A stretch of 64,000 nucleotides of DNA from Octopus sinensis (Eukaryota). Shown here piece after piece: positions 36,831 to 48,552 of this stretch. Position numbers and translations under genes: made by a program. The stretch's first letter is position 1. Each line of letters begins with the position of its first letter. The stretch is from contig NC_043006.1 of NCBI RefSeq assembly GCF_006345805.1, positions 13,578,001 to 13,642,000 of the forward strand, in the 5' to 3' direction. The notes under the pieces are model-generated. The model did not search any database. It had not been told where the DNA came from and saw nothing but the letters and a program-made list of their open reading frames with translations.

Positions 36831-37584
36831 ATCTACCCTTCTCATATTCATGGAGATATTTTGTTCTGGAGCATTCATCAAGTAGGTGAGACGTCTTTGA
36901 ATTTCAAGCAATTCATTATCAGGGTTCACTGTATAACTTCCTGTAACTCATCCTTAACAGCCCCATCACGATTCCCCTGTTCCTTCTGTCTACTCTTCTC
37001 CTTGTTTTCAACTCCTACTTCTCTGTTTTCAACTCCGACCATCCTTTGTAGCCCATCCGCAGGGTCTCTCAGACTCTCACTGATCCGAGATATTTCTACT
37101 CCAGTTAAGTTACCCTTCCTACTAATAACTCTCACTTGGTTCATTAGTTTATTTTCTGACATTGGACACATGTCCTTTTCCATCCCAAATCTCAAGGTAC
37201 GTCGGCCTATTCCGCGACATCTTTCCAGCTTTGCTATTTCATGACATTCAATAAGTGCATCCTACTCTTCCTTCGACCACTTATGTCTGTTTTTGAGCAC
37301 ACCATGTATGTGATCTGTTGTGACATAGCGACCGTCCGAGGTCAGATCACTGCCCCTAATGCGGGCGGTTTCGGACGTGCCGGACGGGAAACCTTCACCA
37401 TGATCGGTTATAGCTTCATTCTCACCATTAATTCTTTCCTTGTTTTGTTGCAACATGATTTCATGAGTCTTTCGTGGGGTTCCCACGAGAATTGTTATTG
37501 AGTTCCCATCTGTCTCTTCCTCTCTTATATATACACGTGCACATGTATGTAGTCTAAATATATATATATATATAGATATATATA

Positions 37585-37628
<44 letters not shown>

Positions 37629-37669
37629 TATATATATAGATATATATATATATATATTATATATATACA

Positions 37670-38000
37670 TAAAAGAAAAAAGAGTGAAAAACTACAGAAG
37701 GCTTGTGTTATATGGTTAAAGAATATATTTAAATCGTTGTTAGAAAAATGTTATAAAATAATTTTGCGTATAGGTATAGTAACATAGTGTTTGGAGAAAT
37801 AACCGGTTTCGTATTTTCTTTTCAAATTTCTCAAATTTATTTACCTATATCGTGTCATCCCTTCGCTGTGTTGAAATTTCTCCCAAAACTATGTTATTAT
37901 ACACGAAATTTTATAATATTTTTCTAACATAACGATTTAAATATATTCTTTAACCATATAACACAAGCCTTTTGTAGTTTTTTTCACTCTTTTTTTGCTT
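37670..38000. repeat. Inverted repeat (~90-bp arms) around a ~150-bp spacer
   Basis: AAGAGTGAAAAACTACAGAAGGCTTGTG..TTATAAAAT at ~37680 is mirrored at ~37910-37995. Confidence 0.85.
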
Positions 38001-38061
38001 TTTATACATCCAACCACGTGCTTTCACATACCAACTCATATATATATATATATATATTCTT

Positions 38062-38352
38062 GTTTATCCCCGTCTGTCTTGATAGACAATGGGTTGCGCC
38101 AAGGGTGGGGCCTACTTTGATGATGTGCAGCGTCTGCTGTGACTGAACAGTCCAATTCTAGAGTGGCAGTCCTTGGTACAGTTGCTGCACACGAACATCG
38201 ATGGGTACGTGTGGGGTGTTGATGCAGTTGTCCTCCTCCTGTCCCGCCTGTCCAACCACAGCTGTGCTCTCCTCTCCTCAGCCATGGAAACGCCTTTCCT
38301 CACCGTCCGACGCCAGGCAGAGCGGTCAGCAGCTGTTTCCTCCCACGTGTCC
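38062..38352 (-). pseudogene. RTE-clade LINE 3' end with C-terminal zinc finger
   Basis: WEETAADRSAWRRTV..FVCSNCTKDCHSRIGLFSHSRRC and a short 3' UTR. Confidence 0.85.
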
Positions 38353-38496
38353 ACATACCGAACTTTTAGAAATAACAGCCAAAAAATTTAGCTATTTCTT
38401 CTACTGTAAGAAGAGTCACCCAGACAATGTATACTCAAAAACAATTCACGTAGGTATAGAGGGACAAATAACGAAAGATCACTCGAAATTTGATTA

Positions 38497-38579
38497 CTTG
38501 TGAACGCGTTTCTGGGTTAGTCAGATATAGAGATGCTATAAATACATGCCTATTCCAACATTCCTGTCATCAGCACAAA
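38497..38579 (-). ncRNA. Hammerhead-like motif with non-canonical helix II base
   Basis: UUGUG-CUGAUGA-CAGG..CCCA-GAAAC-GC-GUU^CACAA; helices I and III pair, helix II opens with C.A and A.C. Confidence 0.5.
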
Positions 38580-38596
38580 GATTTCATTAAATTTAA

Positions 38597-40247
38597 ATTT
38601 GAGAGCACTAAAAATCGAACATACCCGTCTGATTTGAGTAACCACAGACAAACCATCTTCGATATCCAGTACTAACGAATTCAAAACATACGAATGAGGC
38701 TCCGCATCTTCCCCTGTCCACCCACGTGAGTTATAGAGCAACAAATTCCTACAGAAGAATCTGTAGTTTATTATCAGGGAGAGAATTATATCTATATATA
38801 TAAAACTGTAGTTGTGTGAGTGTCTGTCCCTTTCGATTTAGATTCCTAACTCCTCCCACATTTTGCGGTGCAGTTTAACCAAATTCGGGTATCTTATAGT
38901 CGTGATTAATGTCGAGCCCATCTGAGTATTAGCGCGCATCTACGATGAGTCTACGATTTTAAAAATAATTTAACATCATTTTTTATTCCATTTTAATGCA
39001 TAATTTTTCGTGTGTCGATGGCGGCGGAGTTGGCGTCCATGGTCACACCTGCACCTGTTTGCTTCTCCCCCTTCTTCCCTCCCTCGTGAAGCTCTGGGGA
39101 AGGGAGTGTAAGGAAATCAACGTCGTAAAGCGTTGTCAAGGAGACCAGCGTTCTTTTCGAACAACGACTTCATGGCTTGAAGACACCAAAACAGAAATGG
39201 CTAAGAAAGCCCGAATTGGCATCTATAAGGGAAGTAACTCTCTAAAAATGCTTATATAGTTATTTCCCTTACAAACCCGAGCAACGCCGGGCGATACTGC
39301 TAGTTGTCAATAAGAATAAAGGGCAAAATTAATTAATTAATTAATAATTAATGATTTTACCAAGCAGTGTTCAGTATGTAAAAGGACCATTTACGGTAAA
39401 TTTAAACATTACTTCATATAATTAGGGTTCAACAAAAAAATTTGCTTTACCACATACCAAACTTTTAGAAATAGCAGCCAAAAAATTTAGCTATTTCTTC
39501 TACTGTAAGAAGAGTCTTTTGCATTGACACTTGTATCTCAAGTCTATAAATTATGTCCATTACCATTATTAGTCTCAGACATGGAATTTACAGCAGCTTT
39601 CATTCAGATTTCGCTTTATTAATTCTCAATCTTTCGTATAGGTACTTAATTAATACTTCAATTGTTTTATAACTTCCAGCCTTTCTTACAAGTAGCATAA
39701 AGTTGTTTCCCGATTTATTTATTAAAATCTTGTAATGTTTTAATTTTTTTTCTTTTATTCTTTTATTTGTTTCAGTTATTAGACTGTGGCCATGTTGGGG
39801 CACCGCCTTGAAGAATGAATTTTAGTGGAATGAATTGACTCCAATATAATTTTATGTTGTAAAGCCAGATATTTATTCTATCTGTCTCTTTTGCTCAACA
39901 CATCAATTGATTGTCGAGCGGGGGGGGGGGGGGTAGAAACGCACACATGCACGCACGCACATACACACATGCACACGCACACAAACACACACAAACATAT
40001 ATATATATATATATACATATACGATGGGCTTCTATCAGCTTCCGTCCACCAAGCTCTGACTTTTGGTTCATGCAATTAAAAAAACTGCATTATTTATGGG
40101 ATGACCGAATATATGTATATGTATATATACACCTATACATATATATATATATATTTATATTTATATTTATATTTATATTTATATTTATATTTATATTTAC
40201 ACACACACACACACACACACACATAAATATATACATATATACATATA

Positions 40248-40288
<41 letters not shown>

Positions 40289-40760
40289 CATATATTGTTA
40301 TATTTCGGATGGTCATTTTGCCAGTTTAGCCAATAAAAACACACGCACTATATATTTGGTGTTATTTTGCTTCAGTGTTATTTATTTTTACATTAATCTT
40401 AATCTTAATGTAGTCTATAGATTTCTTTGTTGAACCCTAATTATATAAAGTAATGTTTAAATTTACCGTAAATGGTCCTTTTACATACTGAACATTGCTT
40501 GGTAAAATTATTAATTACTAATTAATTAATTAATTGATTAATTTTGCCCTTTATTCTTATTGACAATATAATTCTCTCCCTGAAAATAAACTACAGATTC
40601 TTCTGTAGGAATTTGTTGCTCTATAACTCACGTGGGTGGACAGGGGAAGATGCGGAGCCTCATTCGTATGTTTTGAATTCGTTAGTACTGGATGTCAAAG
40701 ATGGTTTGTCCGAGGTTACTCAAATCAGATGGGTATGTTCGATTTTTAATGCTCTCAAAT
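38597..40760. repeat. Inverted repeat, left arm 38597-39437 (Helitron-interrupted), right arm 40426-40760
   Basis: Removing 38791-39303 makes the left arm the reverse complement of the right arm. Confidence 0.9.
38791..39303 (+). mobile_element. Non-autonomous Helitron (513 bp)
   Basis: A|TC...hairpin CCCGAGCAACGCCGGG...CTAG|T with no TSD; empty site GAATTATA^TTGTCAA is preserved in the other IR arm. Confidence 0.88.
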
Positions 40761-40804
40761 AAGATTAAGATTAAGCCAGAAATGTAGTCTATAGTATAAG
40801 ATGA

Positions 40805-41104
40805 ATAGAGGGACGATGCAGTAACAAGACAACGACATACGTAGGGGAAACGGCGAGAAGCATAGGAGAGCGGGTAAATGAGCATTGGAGACAACTCAAG
40901 GAAGGTAAAAGCTCATCGATTCTGTACCAACACGCTGAACAGGAACACGGGGGATCAATCAATAACATAGAAATTAAAATATTACCCACACATAGATCAG
41001 ATGCAACAATTAGACAAATTACAGAAGCTACACACACAATAGAAAATAAACCTAGCCTGAATAGAAAACTAGAATGGAGCAATAACACACACCACAACAT
41101 ATGA
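40805..41104 (+). pseudogene. PLE GIY-YIG endonuclease fragment
   Basis: C..YVGETARSIGERVNEH..SILYQHA..H..KI..DATIRQITEA..KPSLNRKLEW. Confidence 0.85.
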
Positions 41105-41194
41105 CGATAGAGGATCCTGAAAACATAATAAATACACAGATAAATAAACTAATAGAAATAAATAACTATATACATATATATATATATATATTAT

Positions 41195-41225
<31 letters not shown>

Positions 41226-41809
41226 TTTTTTTTATATTCGATTCATTATCATTATTACTAGTATTGTTGTTATACATACATACATACATACATACATACA
41301 AGCATATGTAATGATAATAATAAGTGGATGTAAACACATGAACAAAATAAGAATAAACAAAAACAACAAAAGAAAACCAAAAACAAAATACAAATTACTT
41401 GATCATATATAAACAGAAGATACAAATATTACAGGCATCCCCCCACATACACACACTAAATAAACATAAACGCACATAGAGATATAAGCATGCGCAAATG
41501 AAAACATACAATAGAAATACAAAATGGCTGACGTTTAGTAAGGAGAGACACAAATAAGAAAGAAGAAAACAAAGGACTACTGATGCGGTCACAGGAGTGT
41601 TACGAAAGAACTCTGGCAGAAATAAGATTAAGATTAATGTAAAAATAAATAACACTGAAGCAAAATAACACTAAATATATAGTGCGTGTGTTTTTATTGG
41701 CTAAACTGGCAAAATGACCATTCCGAAATATAACAATATCTGTTTCAACACACGACTTGACATAAAAATTCTTGCACAGCAAATATTTAAACGTATATAC
41801 ATATATATA

Positions 41810-41850
<41 letters not shown>

Positions 41851-42469
41851 TATATATATATATATATAACGTGTCTTGAATGGTACAACAATGCAGAATG
41901 GACTGTAATAACTGTTATAATTTAATTACCTATAGTCTAATATAATAATATTTCGGAATATAAAAATTCCTTCTTTAATATTGAAAAAGAAATTTTTATA
42001 TCAGATCATGGATAATTAGATTATAACAGTTATTATAGACTACTCTGCATTGGTATACCATTCAAGACACGTTATATTTTACAAACATACATAATGCTTC
42101 AAGCGATATTATAATATATATATATATATATAATATATATATATATAAAGAGAAAAGAAGGAAAACACAGATTTGTTTTATAGGATTAAGGAATATATTA
42201 GAATCATAATAATAACGATATTTTACAATTTTGCACAAAATAAGATTTTGTTTTTTCAGCATAATTAAAGAAAGAACCTGTTTCGCATTGCTCATCATGC
42301 TAAGGATTGAAAGATAGACATATTCGTTTTATATTTGGTTTGCAAGATTCTTTATGTGAATTCGTGCGAAGCAAATTTTATTGTGTGCGGGGAGAGTCAT
42401 TCTCTTGTAGTGCTTAATTACTTAACACACGCACCGGTTCGATTTCCACTCATTTACTTATTTATTTTT

Positions 42470-42722
42470 TCTACATTAACTGTAGAACTAGAAATGTAGT
42501 CTAGAGCATTTCTAGAAGGTGCTTGTAAAAACAAGAACATGATATACATAGGCGAGACATCTGGAAGCATTGCGGAGAGACTAAATTCACATTTGAGACA
42601 ATATGACGACAAAAAAAAAAAAACTGTCCTCCATACTCTACTAACATGCCAAAGGCCAACATAGAGGCGCACTAGGGGAACTTGACATCCGCATTTTATC
42701 CAAGCACCCGAAGGACCCAACA
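42470..42722 (+). pseudogene. Second PLE GIY-YIG fragment, diverged paralogue of 40805
   Basis: NCRTRNVV..CKNKNMIYIGETSGSIAERLNSH..SILY*HAKGQH..IRILSKHPKDPT. Confidence 0.8.
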
Positions 42723-43174
42723 CTCATATGTGTGTGTGCGTGTGTGTGTGTATATATATATATATATATGTCTGTGTGTGTGTGTGTAGGTAAATATATA
42801 TATGCAAGTAAATATATAGATAAATAGATAGGTACATAAGTAATACGGACAGACAAGCACACATATGCACACATACATAAATTAAAACTGAAGCATATTA
42901 CCATATACACACATGCACACTTCACACACACACACACACACACACAAGGACACATACAGAGACACACATCCATACATAACAGATGCACGTACATAGTCAC
43001 ACAAACCCATACACATAGACACACACAGATACACACAAATACACACACATGCATACAAATATAAACACACAAATACTTGAATATGCAGAATAAATACATA
43101 AAAACGTATAAACACACATATATATATATATATATATATGCATACACATACATATATACATATACACACATATA

Positions 43175-43405
43175 TATTTCTTTACTACCCACAAGGGGCT
43201 AAACACAGAGGGGACAAACAAGGACAGACAAAGGGATTAAGTCGATTACATCGATCCCAGTGCGTAACTGGTACTTAATTTATCGACCCCGAAAGGATGA
43301 TAGGCAAAGTCGACCTCGGCGGAATTTGAACTCGGAACGCAATGACAGACGAAATACGGCTACGAATTTCGCCCGGCGTGCTAACGTTTCTGCCAGCTCG
43401 CCGCC
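43175..43405 (-). mobile_element. SINE family A
   Basis: Full-length match to 25330-25560. Confidence 0.9.
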
Positions 43406-43685
43406 TTTATATACATATATACATGCAAATATACATTCATACATACACATGTGTATACACATGCACACTGACGCACATACATGTGCACAAACAAACAGAA
43501 TGAACGCAAAGTCAACGACTATTGAAGAGGTTGCAAAAATTTTAGGAATAATAAGTAAATGAGTGGAAATGGAACCGATGGTAAATGAAGGTAACCACCT
43601 TTTTTCAATTTTGCCAAAGCAAAATATTGTTATATCTAGGGTTTGAGCATTGCAATGCAATGATAAGGGAAACATATATATATAT

Positions 43686-43714
<29 letters not shown>

Positions 43715-43716
<2 letters not shown>

Positions 43717-44283
43717 CTCGGGTCTTCGAGGGAGGATGACCTCCCTTTTCAAATAACACAAGGGCACTGAGATAGTGTCTAAAGTCCTTCTGGTGACGTT
43801 GATCGCCTGGGGCTAAAAGCATCAGTAACACCCCACCCCCCAGTAGCTAGCCACATTCAGATGGCTAATACACCTTACGTTGTCGAGCGGTTACTGTTTA
43901 TATCTCGTTCAGAGATTTATTATTGTTTTCAGACAGTTTTTCTAAATCAGTGACAGTAGTTGCTGTGAAAAACGTTGTATATTTATTTGCAAGGGGACTC
44001 CTTCATCGAAGACCGGTGCTTACCATGCGTTGACGAGAGGCAATTACCTTGAAACTATAGTCCGTATGTAGTACTCGGGTCTTCGAGGGAGGATGACCTC
44101 CCTTTGCAAATAACACAAGGGCACTGAGATAGTGTCTAAAGTCCTTCTGGTGACGTTGATCGCCTGGGGCTAAAAGCATCAGTAACCCCCCCCCCCAGTG
44201 GCTAGCCACATTCAGATGGCTAATACACCTTATGTTGTCGAGCTGTTACTGTTTATATCTCGTTCAGAGATTTATTATTGTTT
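43715..44283 (+). repeat. Direct repeat, period 357 bp (~1.6 units), retrozyme/pseudo-LTR-like
   Basis: TACTCGGGTCTTCGAGGGAGG..AGAGATTTATTATTGTTT at 43715 and 44072. Confidence 0.93.
44024..44068 (+). ncRNA. Minimal type I hammerhead motif, U3 variant
   Basis: CAUGCG-UUGACGA-GAGG caauua CCUU-GAAAC-UAUA-GUC^CGUAUG; all helices pair and helix I extends via UCGAAGACC/GGUCUUCGA. Confidence 0.72.
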
Positions 44284-44310
44284 ATTTCGTTAAGTTTAAA
44301 CCCGTATGTT

Positions 44311-44394
44311 CTTGGGCTGATGACAGGAATGTTGATATAGGTATGTATTTCTAGCATCTCTATATCTAACTAACCCAGAAACGGCTTTCTCAAG
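44311..44394 (+). ncRNA. Hammerhead-like motif, paralogue of 38497-38579, helix III damaged
   Basis: CUUGGG-CUGAUGA..GAAAC-GGCUUU-CUCAAG; flanking 44400-44530 matches the reverse complement of ~38355-38490. Confidence 0.4.
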
Positions 44395-44566
44395 TAATTG
44401 ATGTACGGGTGATCTTTCGTTATTTTTCCCTCTATACCTACGTGAATTGTTTTTGAGTATACATTGTCTGGGAGACCCTTCTTATAGTAGAGGAAATAGC
44501 TAAATTCTTTGGCTGCTATTTCTAAAAGTTCGATGTGTGGTAAAGTACATTTTTTTTTATGAACCC

Positions 44567-44601
<35 letters not shown>

Positions 44602-47145
44602 GACGGGCATATACAGTCCCTTTACCAAATTTCCTCACAGAGCATTGGTTTCACTCGGGGTTACAGGAGAAGACACTTACCTAAGGTGCTGTACAGCAGA
44701 ACTGAACTCGAAACCACGCGATATGTTCGTCCTTTTTTTCCGTCTTTCTTGAAGGGATTGATAGTCACAGTTGGATGAGGGAGCTTTGACTGTCATAAAC
44801 ATTCCTATACAAGTTACGTACATTCCTATTGTTATTTAACCCTAGAACAGACCAAAATGGTCAAACGCATTTGATTCGTGCCCATCCTGTCAACAGAAAC
44901 CTTAAAACCACAATGTCTATTGGTCCCGTTACTAGGATACTAATGTGTGACTTCTTAGAGTTTCTGCTGCTATTTCTAGCATCTCATGTGACTAATATGA
45001 CAGCTAATTGTATGTTTCTGACAACCTGAAGCAAAAGTATAAAAAGCGGAATTGTTTTCATGAAAAACGCAACGTGCCGAAAACTTAACTTCCTTCTATG
45101 GAGCGTTGTAATTAGTGCTAAATATAGATGTACATTTTACCTCTTGGAGCAGATTTAACGCGACACACACTTACACACACATGCACGCACACACACACAT
45201 AAACACACATATATACATATGTATATATGTATATATGTATGTAAATGTATATATGTACATATATGCTTATTTATTAAACTTTTAATACTTTTGATATATA
45301 AAAAAAAAAAATAAATAAAATAAAATAAATAAATAAATTAATTAATTAACTAATTAATAAATAAAATAATATATAAATATAAAAATATACATACATACAT
45401 ATATATATATAAAATTTATAAGTTTAAATTATTTAAATAATTTTTTATTTTTAACTTTCATATTTTAAATTAATTTTATGTATTGGCTTATGTTTTTCAC
45501 TGTTTGATTTGCCTAATAGTGGTTTTATCTCTAATTTAATATAATATAATATATTTATACTATGAAATTGGATTTAATCCTAAATCTCATTTTTCCTTGT
45601 AAGTTTGGATTTATTCCCTAATATTATTATTATTATTATTATTATTATTTTATTATTATTATATATATATTATGTATATGCATGAATATATGTGTGTGTG
45701 TATGTGTTATACTTGTGTGGATTGCTTGTACTGGCGTATGGTAAGCAATGACAAATAATAGAAAGATCTCCTTTGATCAACGATCTTATTTACCATCTTT
45801 CAAATCTACGATGGCAATATTTTTATCGTTTTGCCTTTCTGCAATCCCTAGTATCTCCAACGAGCTGCTTTGAAGTTCTTAAGAGAGGGCATATAAAAGA
45901 ATAATTTACCATATTTCTAAGCAACTCTTTTAATTTTTGTATTTGTATTAGACAAGGTCTTTTCTGAAGGATGTGCTTCAAAATTAAAATAATCATCTCT
46001 TGCGATATTTAACCGAGAATGCACTTCAATCACTTATATTCCTTACTCTTCAAGCATGTAATATATGTTGTATTTTCACTGATATTCTCGACTTTACTGA
46101 CAACATGTTACCACTAGCCAGAATGGGTACAAGATGCCATGATAGCCATAGGCAGCATAAAAGCTGATTACGCACTCACGTTTATACCAATTTATACCAA
46201 TAACCATCGGTGCACTTGGTTATATTTATAAATGTCAGAGTGACAATCTGGAAGATCAAGGATTTTCAAACGAAGAATGAACCCGTCCGACACGTACTTA
46301 ATGAAACAATCTGTCGGATGAACTGTAAAATTACACAAGACTTTCTTGTAAGAGTTATCCTGGTTTGTTTTCGAAGATGCATCTAATCTAGGAAAATGTC
46401 CACTTAAATATTCAAGAACAGAGTGCTATTAATTTTTCGGGAAAAACACCATTGTCGTCTCCTCTTTTGTATTCATGAAATGTTATATGCTGGGTTAATT
46501 ATTTTGTAGTAAGCTAATTCAATTCGGAATGTAAAAATTTCTTCAATCTTTTCATATTACTAAGTGGGCTTGCTTTTTGTTTTTATTTTTTATAGCTATA
46601 AATGAGATCGTTATAGAGTTCACAACTCCAAAAAATATATATATATATAATAACATTTTACAGTTACGATTCCTTTTAGAATTCCTTTTAGAACTAAAAA
46701 GAAATTATTTACATTTCTCGGTGTATTAGTCCGGTTCGTCTCTGGCGGTATTGATCTTGTAATTCCTAGTCATGCTGCTTGTGATGGATCCCTGCATAGT
46801 AAATTCGTCTGAAACGAATATCACTACAATTTTGGATAAATAATTTCCCCAGTGAATATTACCAGAAGAATATATATCGTTTATTCAGTGAATGCTCTCC
46901 AACGACAAATATTTGACTGGTCTGAGCGCGTGTCTGATATATGCATACAAGTGTGTATGTGTGTACCGTTGCTCTTTCTTATTTATTAGTATTATTGCAA
47001 AAAGAAGAGAGTTAGTTTCTTGCAAAATCTCCATCGCTGAGATGACAATTTGGATAACAACAACGGCAATTGTAATATACCAGCCATTAAGAAAGTCTTG
47101 CATAATTTTACTGTTCCACTTACAGACTACATCTGTAAAGTTTAT

Positions 47146-47550
47146 TGGCAGAAACGTTAGCGCGCCGGGCGAAATGCTTAGCGGTATTTCGTCTATCGTT
47201 ACGTTCTGAGTTCAAATTCCACCGAGGTCGACTTTGCCTATCATCCTTTCGGGGTCGATAAATTAAGTACCAGTTACGCACTGGGGTCGATGTAATCGAC
47301 TTAATACTTATGTCTGTCCTTGTTTGTCCGCTCTGTGTTTAGCTCCTTGTGGGTAATAAAGAAATAGGTATTTCGTCTGTCGTTACGTTCTAAGTTCAAA
47401 TTCCGCCGTGGTCCACTTTGCCTATCATCCTTTCGGGGTCGATAAATAAAGTACCGTTTTCTCACTGGAGTCTATGTAATCGACTTAATCCCTTTGTCTG
47501 TCTTTGTTTTTCACCTCTATATTTAACCCCTTGTGGGCAGTAAAGAAATA
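47146..47550 (+). mobile_element. SINE family A followed by a tandem 5'-truncated copy
   Basis: Full copy to 47366, second copy restarts GGTATTTCGTCTG at 47367. Confidence 0.88.
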
Positions 47551-47842
47551 TATATCTATAAAGTTTATGTTAACCCGTCTCTTTCTTTGCATGAAAATTC
47601 TAGTTTTCCAAATTGTCGCTTAGACTTTCACTAATAGAAGAAAGTGTATGACTAGAGGAGGTACAGATTTCAAAGCAGTTGTCATCAGATATTCTCTTCA
47701 CTGATTTTGAAAGAAATTTTTACTTTGTATGTGTGACTTACTTTCTGTCCACAATAACGGCTTCTTTGTTGTCGCCAATAACTATATCAAGTCTGTTATG
47801 TTGTTACGTGGAAGAACTTTTCATGCGAATGCTTCACCAGTG

Positions 47843-48149
47843 TGTATGTATGTATGTATGTATGTATGTATGTATGTATGTATGTATGTATGTATGAATG
47901 TATGTATGTATGTATGTATGTATGTATGTATGAATGTATGTATGCATGTATGTATATATGTATGTATGTATGTATGTATGTTTGTATGCATGTATGTATG
48001 TATGTATGAACGTATGTATGTATGTAGTATGTATGTATGCATGTATGTATCTATGTATGTATGAATGTATGTATGTATGCATGTATGTATGTATGTATGT
48101 ATGTATGTATGTATTCATGTATGTATGTATGTATGTATGTATGTATATG

Positions 48150-48181
<32 letters not shown>

Positions 48182-48552
48182 TGTATGTATGCATGTAAGT
48201 ATGTATGTATGTATATATATATGTATGTAAGCATGTATGTATGCATGCATCTATGTATGTATGTATGTATGAACGTATGTATGTATGTAGTATGTATGTA
48301 TGTAGTATGTATATATGTATGTATGTATGCATGTAAGTATGTATATATGTATATGTATATGTATGTAAGCATGTATGTATGCATGCATCTATGTATGTAT
48401 GTAGTATGTATGTATGTAGTATGTATGTATGCATGCATGCATGCATGCATGTATGTATGTATGTATGTATGTATGTATGTATGTATGTATGAACGTATGT
48501 ATGTATGTATGTATGCATGTATGCATGCATGTATGTATTATGCGTGTATGTA
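47843..48552. repeat. Long degenerate (TATG)n microsatellite
   Basis: Direct inspection; recurring variants such as GAACGTATG and GCATGCATCT. Confidence 0.97.

Larger units (their letters stand above)
34640..37520 (-). pseudogene. Older R4/Dong-clade element interrupted by two SINEs
   Basis: WIEFKKVYD, RGILQGDSFSPLLF, NHLLFMDNLKLF, EQKGC, GTDGIRGFWLK, FKNNPKQFFRKI; N-terminal MNQVRVISRKGNL..E segment. Confidence 0.8.

Noticed and set aside
37793-37890. Minus-strand hammerhead relic (GGAGAAAU..GAAACCGGUU-AUUUCUCC)
   Set aside because: Helices I and III are recognisable but CUGANGA has decayed to UUCAACA; dead at best
41575-41640. CUGAUGC..GAAAU hammerhead-like segment (related copy near 63115-63165)
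   Set aside because: A9 is missing and no consistent helix III, cleavage triplet or helix I could be assigned
45700-46450. Possible degenerate Helitron Pif1 helicase on the minus strand
   Set aside because: Only faint, frame-hopping resemblance to the GTGK, ASSGIA and GDFRQ regions; needs a frameshift-aware HMM search
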